NCBI GenBank assembly: GCA_965205025.1
Contig: CBDBFU010000032.1
Location: 64,001 to 128,000, forward strand
Direction of reading: 5' to 3'
Source of the DNA: Candidatus Poribacteria bacterium
Lineage (GTDB): Bacteria; Poribacteria; WGA-4E; WGA-3G
DNA length: 64,000 nucleotides
A model generated the notes under the pieces. That model was not told the origin of the DNA and did not search any database. It worked only from the letters and a program-made list of their open reading frames with translations. A program made the translations under genes and the position numbers. Below are positions 1-10,883 of this stretch, one piece after another; positions within the stretch are counted from its first letter, which is position 1, and each line of letters begins with the position of its first letter.

Positions 1-1
1 A

Positions 2-1240
2 ACTGAACAACTCGCTGAAGTTCGAGTACTTACACAGGTTTCACAAGCAAGTGCACAACTACAGGCGGCTGAAATATCATTGAATCAGGTTAAAGATCTT
101 GCAGAAATACGAACTGTGACCCAGATAGACCAAGCTGAGGCTGGATTAAAGTCTCTTGAAGCAAATTTAGAAAAAATTAAATCGGGTGCAAGAGATGAAG
201 ACCGTAGACAAGCTGAAGCTGGTTTGAACCAAGCAAAATCAAATCTATTAAATGCAGAAAACAACTATGCTCGCATAGAAAATCTATATAAAAATGGGGC
301 AATTAGTCAGCAATCCTATGAAAATACGAAAACACAATTAGACATTGTATCAGCACAACATAAGATCGCTACAGAACAGCTTCAACTCATTACAACAGGC
401 GCGCGTGAAGAGGATATCACTGCAATGGAAGCACAGGTCGAACAGGCTGTCGCAGCTTTAAAACTTGCACAAACACAAGCAGAAACAAAAACATGGCAAA
501 AGGACATCGCACTCGCACAATCACAAGTTGAATCCGCACAAGCAGGATTGACTTCCGCACAATCCTTAGTTAAAGCAAGAAGTTGGAATGCAGAAATTAC
601 ATCTGCCAAAACATCCCTCACACAAGCAGAGATTGCTCTCAAACTTGCGATAAAGAAACTTAAAGACGCAACCATAGAAGCACCAATATCAGGGATTATC
701 TCACAACGTTTCTTAGATTTAGGGGGAATGGCAGCACCTACTGCCCCCTTATTTGAAATCGTAGATGTTGGCACAGTGAAGGCTACTGTAGATTTGATTG
801 AATCACAACTTAGTCGTATTAAATTAGAACAACAAGCGGAAATTAAAATTGATGGTATTAACACACCAATTACCGGGGCAATTTCATACATCAGTCCTAC
901 TTTACAACCTGTTAGACGAACTGCTACAGTAGAATTTTCTATTCAAAACACTGAAGGAATTCTGAAACCAGGTATGTTTGCAAAAGTCACATTACCTGTT
1001 GAAATACGTCCCGATGCTGTTCTTATCCCACGTGTATCACTCATTGAAGATACAGTAACAAAAAAACGAAATGTCTTCATCGTAGAAGCAGGTGTCTCAA
1101 AACAACTTCCAGTCGAAATTGGGCTCACAAGTGGTGGAGAGGTAGAAATTCGTAAAGGCTTAAATGGTGGTGAATCTGTTATTGTTGCTGGACAACATTC
1201 CCTAAAAGTTGGGGAAAATGTTACTGTGGTAAACCCATAG
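2..1240 (+). CDS. RND efflux periplasmic adaptor (HlyD/AcrA-type membrane fusion protein), 5'-truncated by the window edge
   Basis: Frame is open from base 2. Long coiled-coil, then IEAPISGII, LKPGMFAKV and VEIRKGLNGGESVIVAG, the typical MFP C-terminal motifs. Confidence 0.9.
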   Translation, partial: TEQLAEVRVLTQVSQASAQLQAAEISLNQVKDLAEIRTVTQIDQAEAGLKSLEANLEKIKSGARDEDRRQAEAGLNQAKSNLLNAENNYARIENLYKNGAISQQSYENTKTQLDIVSAQHKIATEQLQLITTGAREEDITAMEAQVEQAVAALKLAQTQAETKTWQKDIALAQSQVESAQAGLTSAQSLVKARSWNAEITSAKTSLTQAEIALKLAIKKLKDATIEAPISGIISQRFLDLGGMAAPTAPLFEIVDVGTVKATVDLIESQLSRIKLEQQAEIKIDGINTPITGAISYISPTLQPVRRTATVEFSIQNTEGILKPGMFAKVTLPVEIRPDAVLIPRVSLIEDTVTKKRNVFIVEAGVSKQLPVEIGLTSGGEVEIRKGLNGGESVIVAGQHSLKVGENVTVVNP

Positions 1241-1269
1241 AGGATATATGCGATAATCCTTATTTCATA

Positions 1270-1355
1270 CATTCTGTAGGAGGGAACTCCGATTCCCGAC
1301 TATATTGGACTTACGAATCGTTGATCCATTCTGTAGGAGGGAACTCCGATTCCCG
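1270..1355 (+). repeat. Tandem pair of GTAG-type REP-like hairpins
   Basis: CATTCTGTAGGAGGGAACTCCGATTCCCG is identical at 1270-1298 and 1327-1355 (GTAG followed by a GGGAA/TTCCC stem). Related copies lie on the minus strand at 57953-57973 and 63673-63695. Confidence 0.85.
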
Positions 1356-1424
1356 TATATATATATAACCTAAGTTGCTACTAACGGATTTTGATCGTTT
1401 CAACACAGTTTTCAAACACTTTCC

Positions 1425-1530
1425 TCACCCCGGTGAATGACCTAATGTCATTCATACCGTTGATTCGAGGGGTGATATGTCTATAGAAAAAGGTATATCA
1501 ACATCCTGCACTCCAGCGGAGTGCTATGTA
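1425..1530 (+). repeat. Composite repeat: TCACCCC/GGGGTGA hairpin interrupted by the ~35-bp module, followed by a GCACTCCAGCGGAGTGC hairpin
   Basis: Module GGTGAATGACCTAATGTCATTCATACCGTTGATTC at 1432-1466. Block 1479-1530 is identical to 3261-3312. Confidence 0.85.
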
Positions 1531-1549
1531 GCATAACATACCGTAAAAT

Positions 1550-3016
1550 ATGAAAGTGGAACAACTGCATGGACCTGCAGTAAAACCGTCTCAAGTTGTT
1601 GAACTGGAATATCTTATACAATGCGATTCCCCTGAAATTTTTGGAATACATGGATTACAGAAAGAGGGGAGTATCATAGTAACACGAGCACCCGCGCGAC
1701 TTGACATTATGGGCGGGATAGCAGATTATTCTGGGTCAAATGTCTTTGAGATGACATTAAACCGAGCAGCTGTCGTCGCTTGTCAATCAAGAGAGGATAA
1801 TAATCTAAGAGCATTAACAATTCAACAAGTAGGTCTATTAAGACCATATTTTCAAATTACACTTGATGATTTTTACACTGATGGTTCATTGAAATCTTAT
1901 TCTGAAATTCGTAGTTTATTTAATGATGATCCTAAAACATCTTGGAGCGGGTACATACTTGGTTGCTTCTTCACTTTACTTAAAGAAAATAAAATTCAGA
2001 ATTTTCCACATGGCGCTGCTATTGCAATCAAAAGTGATATCCCAATGGGAGCAGGAATAGCATCTTCAGCAGCAATTGAAGTTGCAACCTTATGTGCTAT
2101 AAATCACCTTTACAATCTAAAATTAGAGGGAATTGAGATAGCCAGACTCGCTCAAATTGTCGAAAATAGAATTGTAGGTGCACCTTGTGGAATAATGGAT
2201 CAATTGACATCTGCTATTGGAACTCAAGGGAAGATTCTATCTATTCTTTGTCAACCTGATAAGATACTCGAATCCATAGAAATACCACATCAAGTTAGTT
2301 TTATAGGTATTCATACAAAAGTTCCTCGTAGTACAAAAAGTTCTGCCTATATTGACACACGAACAGCAGCCTTCATGGGATTACGTATTTTAAAAGAAAA
2401 ACTTAACTGGGATAAATTAGATGATAATTATCTATGTCATATAACTGTTCAAGAATTTCAGCAACACTGTTTGCCATTATTACCTAATGAAATGAAGGGG
2501 GTTGATTTTCTGGAGAAATATAACGGGACAGACGATAAGGTAACAGAAGTAGACCCTGATAAGGTTTATGCAGTTAAGGACAGGGTTAAACACCCGGTAT
2601 ATGAAAATGAACGTGTTAAACAATTTATCCATGCCATAAAAAATACTATAAAATATCCCAATAATGCCACGGAGTATTTATCAGAAGCTGGAACATTAAT
2701 GTATGAATCAAATGATAGTTATCGTGATTTAGCTGGACTGGGTTCACAGGAAATTGATGGACTTGTAAACATTGCAAGAAAAATTGGTGAAGATGCAGGA
2801 ATATATGGAGCAAAAATTACTGGTGGAGGCGGTGGTGGCACTGTTGCTATATTATGCTATGGAGATGTATCTATGGCATTGACACAGATCATCTCTGCGT
2901 ATAAATTGGCATGGGGAATCGAAACAGAAATCTTTGCCGGATCTACATACGGAGCATGTGAATTTGGACATATATTATGGGAGTTAAAAGAAAGTGAACC
3001 ACCAACTCATTTCTAA
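1550..3016 (+). CDS. GHMP-family sugar kinase (galactokinase / L-arabinokinase-like)
   Basis: RAPARLDIMGGIADYSG, PMGAGIASSAA (GHMP motif), CGIMDQ and GAKITGGGGGGTV. Confidence 0.85.
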   Translation: MKVEQLHGPAVKPSQVVELEYLIQCDSPEIFGIHGLQKEGSIIVTRAPARLDIMGGIADYSGSNVFEMTLNRAAVVACQSREDNNLRALTIQQVGLLRPYFQITLDDFYTDGSLKSYSEIRSLFNDDPKTSWSGYILGCFFTLLKENKIQNFPHGAAIAIKSDIPMGAGIASSAAIEVATLCAINHLYNLKLEGIEIARLAQIVENRIVGAPCGIMDQLTSAIGTQGKILSILCQPDKILESIEIPHQVSFIGIHTKVPRSTKSSAYIDTRTAAFMGLRILKEKLNWDKLDDNYLCHITVQEFQQHCLPLLPNEMKGVDFLEKYNGTDDKVTEVDPDKVYAVKDRVKHPVYENERVKQFIHAIKNTIKYPNNATEYLSEAGTLMYESNDSYRDLAGLGSQEIDGLVNIARKIGEDAGIYGAKITGGGGGGTVAILCYGDVSMALTQIISAYKLAWGIETEIFAGSTYGACEFGHILWELKESEPPTHF

Positions 3017-3131
3017 CATGTTTTACACACTACCCTGGTGCCTCTGGTCTCTAATACCATATTCAATTGATACTCTTACATTATGATTTAAGTGAAACAA
3101 AAACAATCATATACAGATTTATTAGTCCCGT

Positions 3132-3248
3132 ATGAAGTTAAAAAAATAAAATAGGTAATTTGGACCCAGAGCTGGTAGGTGCGGTTTCCTAACCGCACCG
3201 GATTCTACAAGAAACTGGAAATTACCCGAATAAATTCTTTAACTTCAT
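3132..3248. mobile_element. 117-bp non-autonomous element with bipartite TIRs (ATGAAGTTAAA-N11-GGTAATTT) and an internal GTAG REP hairpin
   Basis: Identical except for 1 nt to 28540-28656. Interrupts GTCCC-GTA-GGGA with the T duplicated. Confidence 0.9.
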
Positions 3249-3312
3249 TAGGGAGGAAAGGTCTATAGAAAAAGGTATATCAACATCCTGCACTCCAGCG
3301 GAGTGCTATGTA

Positions 3313-3428
3313 ATACCATTTCTATTTAAATAGTTCACATTATGAATACTCTTAGTAGTCCCCCTGATAAGGGGGATTTAGGGGGTCTCTTTAAGTTAAT
3401 AATGGGCGATAATTATTTAGAATGGTAT
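3313..3428. mobile_element. MITE with ATACCATT(T)CTA TIRs carrying a CCCCCTGATAAGGGGGATTTAGGGGG repeat
   Basis: ATACCATTTCTA at 3313 and TAGAATGGTAT ending at 3428. The same ends occur at 27131/27562, 27591/27705 and 57767/57878. Confidence 0.7.
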
Positions 3429-3539
3429 AAGTAGATAGGTGGCAACTTCAGTTAAATTAAGAGCAGCTATACAGAAGTACATCAGGATATCATAACAAAA
3501 GCATCCATGATGAACATAAAAAATTCAATTCAACTATAG

Positions 3540-5513
3540 ATGGAATCCTCAGTAGATAATTTTACACAACAAAATAGAATAAGAGATTTTGGCGTCACAT
3601 GGCGTGCCATAGTAATCGCTATCTTCCTAATTCCACCAAATGTGTTTTGGGTAATTGAAGTAGAGTGTGTTTGGCATTCAGGACATCCTACCACGATTTC
3701 TCTGTTTTGGAACGTTGTCCTGAATATATTTTTCCTTATCCTCATCAATCTTTTCATAAAGAAAGTAGCCCCAAACTCCGCATTAAAACAGGGAGAGTTG
3801 ATTACTATTTATGCCATGCTATCAATCGCATCTGGTTTAGCCGGACACGATATGTTAGCACTAACTATCCCTGCCCTCCCACATGCATTTTGGTTTGCAA
3901 CCATAGAAAATGACTGGGCGGATACTTTTCATGCATACATTCCACAACATCTTGTCGTTTCCGATAAAGAGATTATTCGAGGCTTCTATGAGGGAGATAC
4001 ACCCTTTTATAACCTACAAGTAGGTGGGGCATGGATCATGCCAACCTTATGGTGGACATCCTTTATTTTGGCTTTGGGTGTAATCATGATCTGTATCAAT
4101 GTGCTTGTTCGAAAACAGTGGACTGAACATGAAAAACTGGCATATCCTATCATCCAACTCCCTATGGCAATTACTGAAGGAGGTGGCAGAGCACAACTCT
4201 TTAAGAATCGGATCTTGTGGTACGGTTTTATCATTGCAGCAGTCGTGAATATATGGCACGGATTAGCACACTTCTTTCCAATATTACCAGACTTTAGTGT
4301 CCGGCATAATTCCCGAAATTGGGGAGCATTCTTCACAGAAAAACCGTGGAATGCTGTTGGAAATATACCTGTTCCACTCTACCCTTTTGTCATCGGGTTA
4401 GGATTCTTATTACCACTTGATCTCTCATTCTCATTATGGTTCTTTTATCTGTTTGAAAAGATACAACGGGTTATGGGGAGTGCTCTTGGAATACCTGCTC
4501 CCTTCCCATATAGTAGCGAACAATCCATTGGTGGATGGATGGCTATCTTTCTCATTGCATTAATCGTCACACGCAAACATATTATGAATGTCATACGGAC
4601 GATCTTCGGGATGAAGGGCGGAATTGACGATTCCGATGAACCAATTCGGTACAGAACAGCATTCTTGTTAATTGCCATTGCCAGCCTATACATAATATGG
4701 TTCTGCATAAAAGCGGGGATGACATTACCCATAATCCTTCCGTTTTTCGGTTTCTTCTATGCAATTTCTATCGCTATAACCCGTGTCAGGGCAGAACTGG
4801 GTCCACCGGCTCATGAAATGGCTGGTATGTGTAACGCTCAACAATTCTTAGTTAATATACTGGGTACACGCCGTATCGGTCCTAACAATCTTACTGTATT
4901 CCCATATTTTTGGTTCTTTAGTGGTAGAGGATACCGTGAACATATAATGCCACATCAACTTGAGGCATTTAAGATGGCTGAGCGAGCAAATATGAATACA
5001 AAGAGATTGGTATTTGCTATGATTATTGCCGTCGTTCTCGGTTCACTTTCCGCTTTTTGGGCAACTCTATCTGAACTCTATCGTCTTGGTGGCGCGGTAA
5101 CGGGGGCAGGGGGTGGAATCGGACCCTCAGTTGGACATATCGGTCAATTTGGTTGGTTAGCAGGATTATTTGCTTTCCCACGAGACCCAAATGTACCGGC
5201 TATGAGTTTTATGGCTGGAGGAATGGGAGTTACATTCCTCCTAATGTTTATGAGAATGCGCTTTATTTGGTGGCCCCTACACCCAGCCGGATACCCTATA
5301 TCAATGACATTTGGGGTAGGATATTTTTGGAGTTGTTTGGTAATTAGTACTTTTCTTAAATGGATGGCGTTAAGATTTGGTGGTCCTACAACATATCGAA
5401 AGATGGTATTCTTCTTCTTTGGTGTAATTCTGGGAGAATATTGTGTAGGAGCATTCTGGAGTGTCTTAAGTGTTATTATACGCGAACCTATATACGATTT
5501 TGCACCGGGGTAA
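3540..5513 (+). CDS. Polytopic membrane protein, DUF6785/DUF6784-type (putative OPT-like transporter)
   Basis: 657 aa with many TM segments and motifs RKQWTEHEKLAYP, RVRAELG and WWPLHPAGY. The family assignment is by recognition, not a search. Confidence 0.7.
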   Translation: MESSVDNFTQQNRIRDFGVTWRAIVIAIFLIPPNVFWVIEVECVWHSGHPTTISLFWNVVLNIFFLILINLFIKKVAPNSALKQGELITIYAMLSIASGLAGHDMLALTIPALPHAFWFATIENDWADTFHAYIPQHLVVSDKEIIRGFYEGDTPFYNLQVGGAWIMPTLWWTSFILALGVIMICINVLVRKQWTEHEKLAYPIIQLPMAITEGGGRAQLFKNRILWYGFIIAAVVNIWHGLAHFFPILPDFSVRHNSRNWGAFFTEKPWNAVGNIPVPLYPFVIGLGFLLPLDLSFSLWFFYLFEKIQRVMGSALGIPAPFPYSSEQSIGGWMAIFLIALIVTRKHIMNVIRTIFGMKGGIDDSDEPIRYRTAFLLIAIASLYIIWFCIKAGMTLPIILPFFGFFYAISIAITRVRAELGPPAHEMAGMCNAQQFLVNILGTRRIGPNNLTVFPYFWFFSGRGYREHIMPHQLEAFKMAERANMNTKRLVFAMIIAVVLGSLSAFWATLSELYRLGGAVTGAGGGIGPSVGHIGQFGWLAGLFAFPRDPNVPAMSFMAGGMGVTFLLMFMRMRFIWWPLHPAGYPISMTFGVGYFWSCLVISTFLKWMALRFGGPTTYRKMVFFFFGVILGEYCVGAFWSVLSVIIREPIYDFAPG

Positions 5514-5519
5514 AACAAA

Positions 5520-6578
5520 ATGAAATTGACTTACTTCTTTCTATCTATATTGATGATTAGTTTAATCCTATCACATACAACTTTTGCTGCGGATGAAGGA
5601 GCACATGCAGCAGAATTCCTCAGCCACGGTGTCGGGGCAAGAGCACTCGGTATGGGAAGTGCATTTGTTGCTATCGCAGATGATTCCACCGCAACATACT
5701 GGAATCCTGCTGGACTGACAGATGTCGAAAACCACAGTTTTTCAGCTATGTATTCCGATACATTTGGATCCAGTGATGGCAGTTTTATTACAAATGGTCT
5801 CGTCAATTATAACTTTGTAAACTACGTTCACCAAATTGAAGATATAGGGAGTCTCGGCATTAGTTGGATTCGACTCGGTGTCGATGATATTCCACGGACA
5901 ACATTTATTGATATCGACAACAACGGAAAACTCGGGGATTATCAGGATATTAATGGAAATGGAGTAAAAGATACAGGTGAGCCTTACATTGATAGACCTA
6001 CAGTTGCAGGATATTTCAGTAATACAGATAACGCTCTTTTGATCTCTTATGCACGCAATATACAATCTGCAATCTCCGTTGGTGGAAGCGTGAAACTTCT
6101 AAAACAATCAATATTCGATTATAGTGGCAGCGGCTTCGGTATCGACTTAGGTTTTATATTTACCCCATATAAAGGACTAAGATTGGGGACAATGTTACTC
6201 GATGCAACTGGAACTCAAATTCGATGGGATACTGCTGACAATCCAATTTTCACACGCGGAAGAAGAATTAGAGTCGGTGGAGCATATCAATTTGCTTTCA
6301 ATCGATTGGGGAACGGATCTATCAGTGCTGATATCGAAACTGACCAAGCTGATTATACTGAAGGTACAGACTCAGGGGGTGGCATTATCTATCGAACTGG
6401 TGCGGAATTTTGGTTGTTTAACACCCTCGCATTACGGACTGGCTGGAACGGACAAGGTCTATCAATAGGATCTGGTTTACAGTTAAGAATCAGTAGTATG
6501 ACCTTCTTTGTAGATTATGCCTTTAATTCACATACCCTCGGCGGGTCACAACGCATCTCAGTCTCTGGACAATTCTAA
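5520..6578 (+). CDS. PorV/PorQ-like (FadL superfamily) outer-membrane beta-barrel protein
   Basis: Signal peptide, GARALGMGSAFVAIADDSTATYWNPAGL motif and C-terminal Phe. Confidence 0.8.
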   Translation: MKLTYFFLSILMISLILSHTTFAADEGAHAAEFLSHGVGARALGMGSAFVAIADDSTATYWNPAGLTDVENHSFSAMYSDTFGSSDGSFITNGLVNYNFVNYVHQIEDIGSLGISWIRLGVDDIPRTTFIDIDNNGKLGDYQDINGNGVKDTGEPYIDRPTVAGYFSNTDNALLISYARNIQSAISVGGSVKLLKQSIFDYSGSGFGIDLGFIFTPYKGLRLGTMLLDATGTQIRWDTADNPIFTRGRRIRVGGAYQFAFNRLGNGSISADIETDQADYTEGTDSGGGIIYRTGAEFWLFNTLALRTGWNGQGLSIGSGLQLRISSMTFFVDYAFNSHTLGGSQRISVSGQF

Positions 6579-6580
6579 TT

Positions 6581-6880
6581 GAGTCCCGTAGGGACGGAAT
6601 GTTTATAGAATAACTTGAAAATAAATAACTATTTCCTAATGCCAATAATGTAAACTAATCAATTAGAGTTGGTAATAGTTACATTTCTGTCTGTAATACA
6701 CACATAATTTACTTAAAGAAAATATTTCAATGTTAAGTATTAGAAGCCCCAGCGGGGCGAAATGTTTGTAGAAAACGTACTGAACCACTAAACCTAAGCC
6801 CAGGTGAATGCCATAAGGCATTCATACCGTTGATTTGCGGGGCGACATGTGTATCGCTCAAACTATCCAAACTATAGTTT
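6581..6880 (+). repeat. Intergenic cluster of REP-like hairpins (GTCCCGTAGGGAC, GCCCCAGCGGGGC x2, one interrupted by the 35-bp module)
   Basis: Hairpins at about 6581, 6746 and 6798. Region 6624-6672 recurs at 46022-46070. The tail TATCCAAACTATAGT matches the end of the 63745-63966 element. Confidence 0.85.
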
Positions 6881-6975
6881 AATTATCAAACTCACGTTAA
6901 AAATATATAGAATGGTATCAAATGAAAACAAAAGATGCATTTCTTCCACACTTAAGTTATATGTATATTAATATA

Positions 6976-7119
6976 TGTGATTCACGGAGAATTGGTATAA
7001 TTAAAATTATAAATCCTTATAGAATAAGGGTTCGTAAAATTGCTCCGTGAAGGTTTCCGTGAAAGTGCAATCATCTCACAACAATAAATATTAACACTTT
7101 TTACATTCACAACGCACCC
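6976..7119. repeat. ~145-bp dispersed repeat, second copy at 28737-28883
   Basis: Both copies share TGTGATTCACGGAGAA...CTTATAGAATAAGG.TTCGTAAAATTGCTCCGTGAAGGTTTCCGTGAAAGTG...ACCC. Confidence 0.85.
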
Positions 7120-7135
7120 AGGTAGTTAAATTAAC

Positions 7136-7164
7136 TTGACTATTACTGTTAGATTCTATATACT
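7136..7164 (+). promoter_or_regulatory. Putative sigma70 promoter for the reductase gene
   Basis: TTGACT-N17-TATACT about 130 bp upstream of the ATG at 7293. Confidence 0.6.
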
Positions 7165-7292
7165 TTTCTATTTAATGATACTATTCATAAATTATTTAGA
7201 AACTAACCGTATTAAGCAGTTAATTATCAATTAAGACAAAGAAACTTTCCTATACAACCTTAACTGAATATTAAGGCAATAAGGAGTAAAGA

Positions 7293-9741
7293 ATGGCTAT
7301 TGAGAGCGCGGGAGCTTATGATGTATCTGTTATCCCACCAGATGTTGCTCGCGAAATTGAAATATATGAAATCAGACTTGGCCGCGCACAAGCAGGTCAA
7401 GGAGAGGAAAAAATCTGGACGGAATTTAGACTTCGTCATGGGGTCTATGGGCAACGTGATGATAGATCACAGATGATACGGGTAAAAATTCCATTCGGTG
7501 GACTTACCGCAGACCAACTTGAAATGTTAGCCGATGTCGCTGAAGAATTTTCCGATAATATCATTCACATTACAACACGACAAGATGTTCAATACCATTA
7601 TGTAGATATCAATCACACACCAGAACTCATGAGACGCCTGGCAAGTGTAGGTATTACAACCAAGGAAGCCTGTGGAAATGTCGTACGAAACGTTACAGCA
7701 TGTCCATTAAGTGGTGTGTGTCATGATGAATCTTTCGATGTCACCCCTTATTCAAAAGCTCTTTCCGCATTTCTATTGGGACATGAGGATGCAAAAGATT
7801 TTGGACGTAAATTCAAAATTGCATTTTCCGGTTGTGAAGAACACCCTTGCGGATTGGCAAATATGCACGACATCGGGGCAGTTGCAGCTGTAAAAGAGGT
7901 TGATGGGGAAGTTAAGAAGGGCTTTAAACTTTATGTTGGTGGTGGTCTTGGCGCTGTCCCACATCAAGCTAAAATCTTTGATGAATTTCTTCCAGCAGAA
8001 GAACTCCTTCCTATTTCTCAATCCATTTGTAGAGTTTTCACAAGATTAGGTGAACGAAAAAATCGGAATAAGGCACGTTTGAAATTTGTCATTGCTAAAT
8101 ACGGTATTGAAGAATTCCGTAAACTTGTCCTCGAAGATAGAGAAACATTAAGATATGACCCCGCTTGGACAGAATACCTTGATAATCTGGATGCCTATGA
8201 TGAAACACCCCTTAAACCACCTACACAACTCAACGGCGCATCAAATCCTGAAGGGTTTGATGAGTGGTATCAATCAAATGTTCGTTTACAACGTCAACCC
8301 GGTTATGCCTATGTAACGATTACACTTCCCCTGGGGGATCTAACTGCAGACCAAACCAGATCTTTAGCTGACATTTCACGTAAGTATGTAAAAGATACAA
8401 TACGTGCTACTGTTGAACAGAACATTGTACTACGATGGGTTACAATGACAGATCTACCCGCACTTTATAAAGAACTAACAGAGGTTGGTTTGGGTGATCC
8501 GGGGGCTGAATCCCTTGTGGATATTACCGCATGTCCCGGGACTGATTCATGTAAACTTGGAGTATCTTCTTCTCGTGGATTGGCTGGCACACCTCCGTGG
8601 ACATTTCATTGAAACTGGACATAAAGAAGATATAAAAGATTTCCGTATTAAGATAAGTGGATGTCCTAATTCCTGCGGACAACACCATATCGCAAATATT
8701 GGTTTCTTCGGTTCATCAAGGCGAATTGGTGAACATATTGCTCCGTACTATCAAGTTCTACTCGGTGGACACATGATTGAGAATGCCAGTTCCTATGGAC
8801 TTGCCACAGGAAAAATACACGGGAAGTATATTCCAGATTTCATTGAAGAATTAACAGGTAAATATTCTGATGAGAAGAATGGAGAAGAAACCTTTACTGA
8901 TTACGTCGCACGTCTCGGTAAAGCCGAAATCAAGCAAATCTTATCAAAGTATGATAAAATTCCTACTTATGAAGAAGCACCTGAATTCTATGTAGACACC
9001 GGTGACACCAAAGATTACCAACTCAAAACAGGTGTCGGTGAGTGTGCAGGAGAAGTCGTCGCACTTGTCTCTATGAAGTTAGATGAAGCCGATCGGTTAA
9101 TATATGAATCCGGTTTAGACTTAGAAAAAGGTGATTATCAAAAATCCGCTGAACTGGCTTTTAGTGCAATGATTAGAGCTGCAGATGGACTGCTAACGAC
9201 GGTTGGATTGCAATATATTGATGATGGAACAACCGTGAATGAATTCCGCACACACTTCTTTGAAGCTGGTAACTTCTTCCCAGGTTATGGGGGCACATAT
9301 ATTCAAGGCAACGGAAGAGGATGCATCTACATTTAACCAAGAATTGTCACACCGTCGTGTTGAGGAAGCCACTCTCTTTGTGGAAGAATCGCATAACGTG
9401 TACAATCGTATGCGGATTAAACAGGAAGAAGAGGAAGCAAGTCGGAAAAAGTCACGAAAATCCCGTACTGCAGCTAAACCGAAAGTCGTTAAAGAAACAA
9501 AGAAGGTTGAAGAAATCACTGACAGCCTTGATCTCAAAGGTGTTGCCTGTCCCTTCAACTATGTTTCAGGCTAAGGTACGGTTAGAGACTATGGATGTCG
9601 GTCAACTATTAGAAATCACCATTGACGATGGTGAACCAATTGAGAATGTACCCGTCAGTCTCTCTAATGACGGTCATGAAAATACTTGATACAAAGAAAA
9701 TTGGAAAACACTATCGTCTGACAATTAAAAAAGGTGAATAG
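7293..9741 (+). CDS. Siroheme [4Fe-4S] nitrite/sulfite reductase with a C-terminal TusA/SirA-like domain; four apparent +1 frameshifts
   Basis: HITTRQDVQ, RKFKIAFSGC, TACPGTDSCKLG, KISGCPNSCGQH and the TusA motif LDLKGVACPFNYV. One continuous protein is restored by removing single bases near 8586, 9290, 9565 and 9680. Confidence 0.85.
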
Positions 9742-9777
9742 TTCACTTTTGTTGGAGATTTATTCTAAACCAATTTC

Positions 9778-9820
9778 AAGCGATTACCTACTAATGAAAT
9801 AGATAGGTAATCGCTTTCTT
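9778..9820 (+). terminator. Putative intrinsic terminator
   Basis: AAGCGATTACCTA...TAGGTAATCGCTT 13-bp stem followed by TCTT, just after the reductase stop. Confidence 0.65.
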
Positions 9821-9976
9821 CATGAAAATACGAAATGCTAAAAAGCGTTGGATTTCCAGAATAACAAATTCCTAATGCATGAATTATTCATTCATGTCTT
9901 ATATAGTTTCTCTCCCTTGAAATATATCTATATATAAGATAAACTAATACTTAATACAAAACAAACTGAGGAAATT

Positions 9977-10852
9977 ATGCAAGATAACCAAGATTCAATC
10001 ACTCAGAATAATAATGAAACACCAACACTGAATTTGCAACCGATGCAATTATCAGACATACTTGACGGAATGTTTACGTTGTATAGGAATCATATTCGTC
10101 TCTATATTCATATTGTTGTCGTATTCTTCGCAATATCTTATGTTACAGATAAATTGTTAGTGTTTTCTCTACTAAACTCCGTGTCAGCAGGGAATTTTGG
10201 CGCGGTATTTTTATTATCCACCGTATCCATATTGTTATCCTTATATATCGTTGCGGTCTTGTCTTATGCGACAGCACATGTCTTTTTAGGACAAAACATC
10301 TCCACTGGAAATGCATTTTTACATACTTTGCGTCTATTTGCAAAATACCTTGTATGTGGTATAATCTATTTCTTAGTACTTGGTGGATTATCTATTACTA
10401 TAATCGGTATTCCTTTTGCTATTTATTTCTTTATTCGATGGGGATACTATACACTACCTCTTTTGTTAGAAGAAAAAACGATTATGGGTTCATTAAAACG
10501 GAGTTCGGAATTGGTAAAAGGAACTTGGTTACGAGTATTTGGTATTACGATTCTTATTATTCTTATTGTTCAAATGATTCAGACCATATTTTCTACATCT
10601 ATAGGTATGGTCTTCTCCTTAATTCCTGCAGCTTATGAAATACAGGACGTTAGCATTATTGAAAACTTAAGAAGATTATTCGCTCCATCACCTGTAGATA
10701 TCGGTTGGCCAATTTATTTGATACGAAGCTTTATTACAATGGGAATTCATTCAATCCTATTGCCAATTGCCTCAATCGGTGGAACGTTACTATATTTCGA
10801 CTTACGTATCCGAAAAGATGCGTATGACCTTGAAATGCAGGTTACAAATTAG
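9977..10852 (+). CDS. Integral membrane protein of MoxR-associated operons (GDPD membrane-domain-like)
   Basis: Multiple TM segments with SLKRSSELVKGTWLR and LLYFDLRIRKDAYDLE. First gene of the DUF4129-DUF4350-MoxR-DUF58 cluster. Confidence 0.7.
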   Translation: MQDNQDSITQNNNETPTLNLQPMQLSDILDGMFTLYRNHIRLYIHIVVVFFAISYVTDKLLVFSLLNSVSAGNFGAVFLLSTVSILLSLYIVAVLSYATAHVFLGQNISTGNAFLHTLRLFAKYLVCGIIYFLVLGGLSITIIGIPFAIYFFIRWGYYTLPLLLEEKTIMGSLKRSSELVKGTWLRVFGITILIILIVQMIQTIFSTSIGMVFSLIPAAYEIQDVSIIENLRRLFAPSPVDIGWPIYLIRSFITMGIHSILLPIASIGGTLLYFDLRIRKDAYDLEMQVTN

Positions 10853-10883
10853 GAAGTTATCTCACAGGACATTATTACTAAGA

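Noticed and set aside
8580-9690. Programmed ribosomal frameshifting or a pseudogene in the reductase
   Set aside because: No heptameric slippery sites with stimulators. The +1 pattern is the same as in unrelated genes, including nusB.
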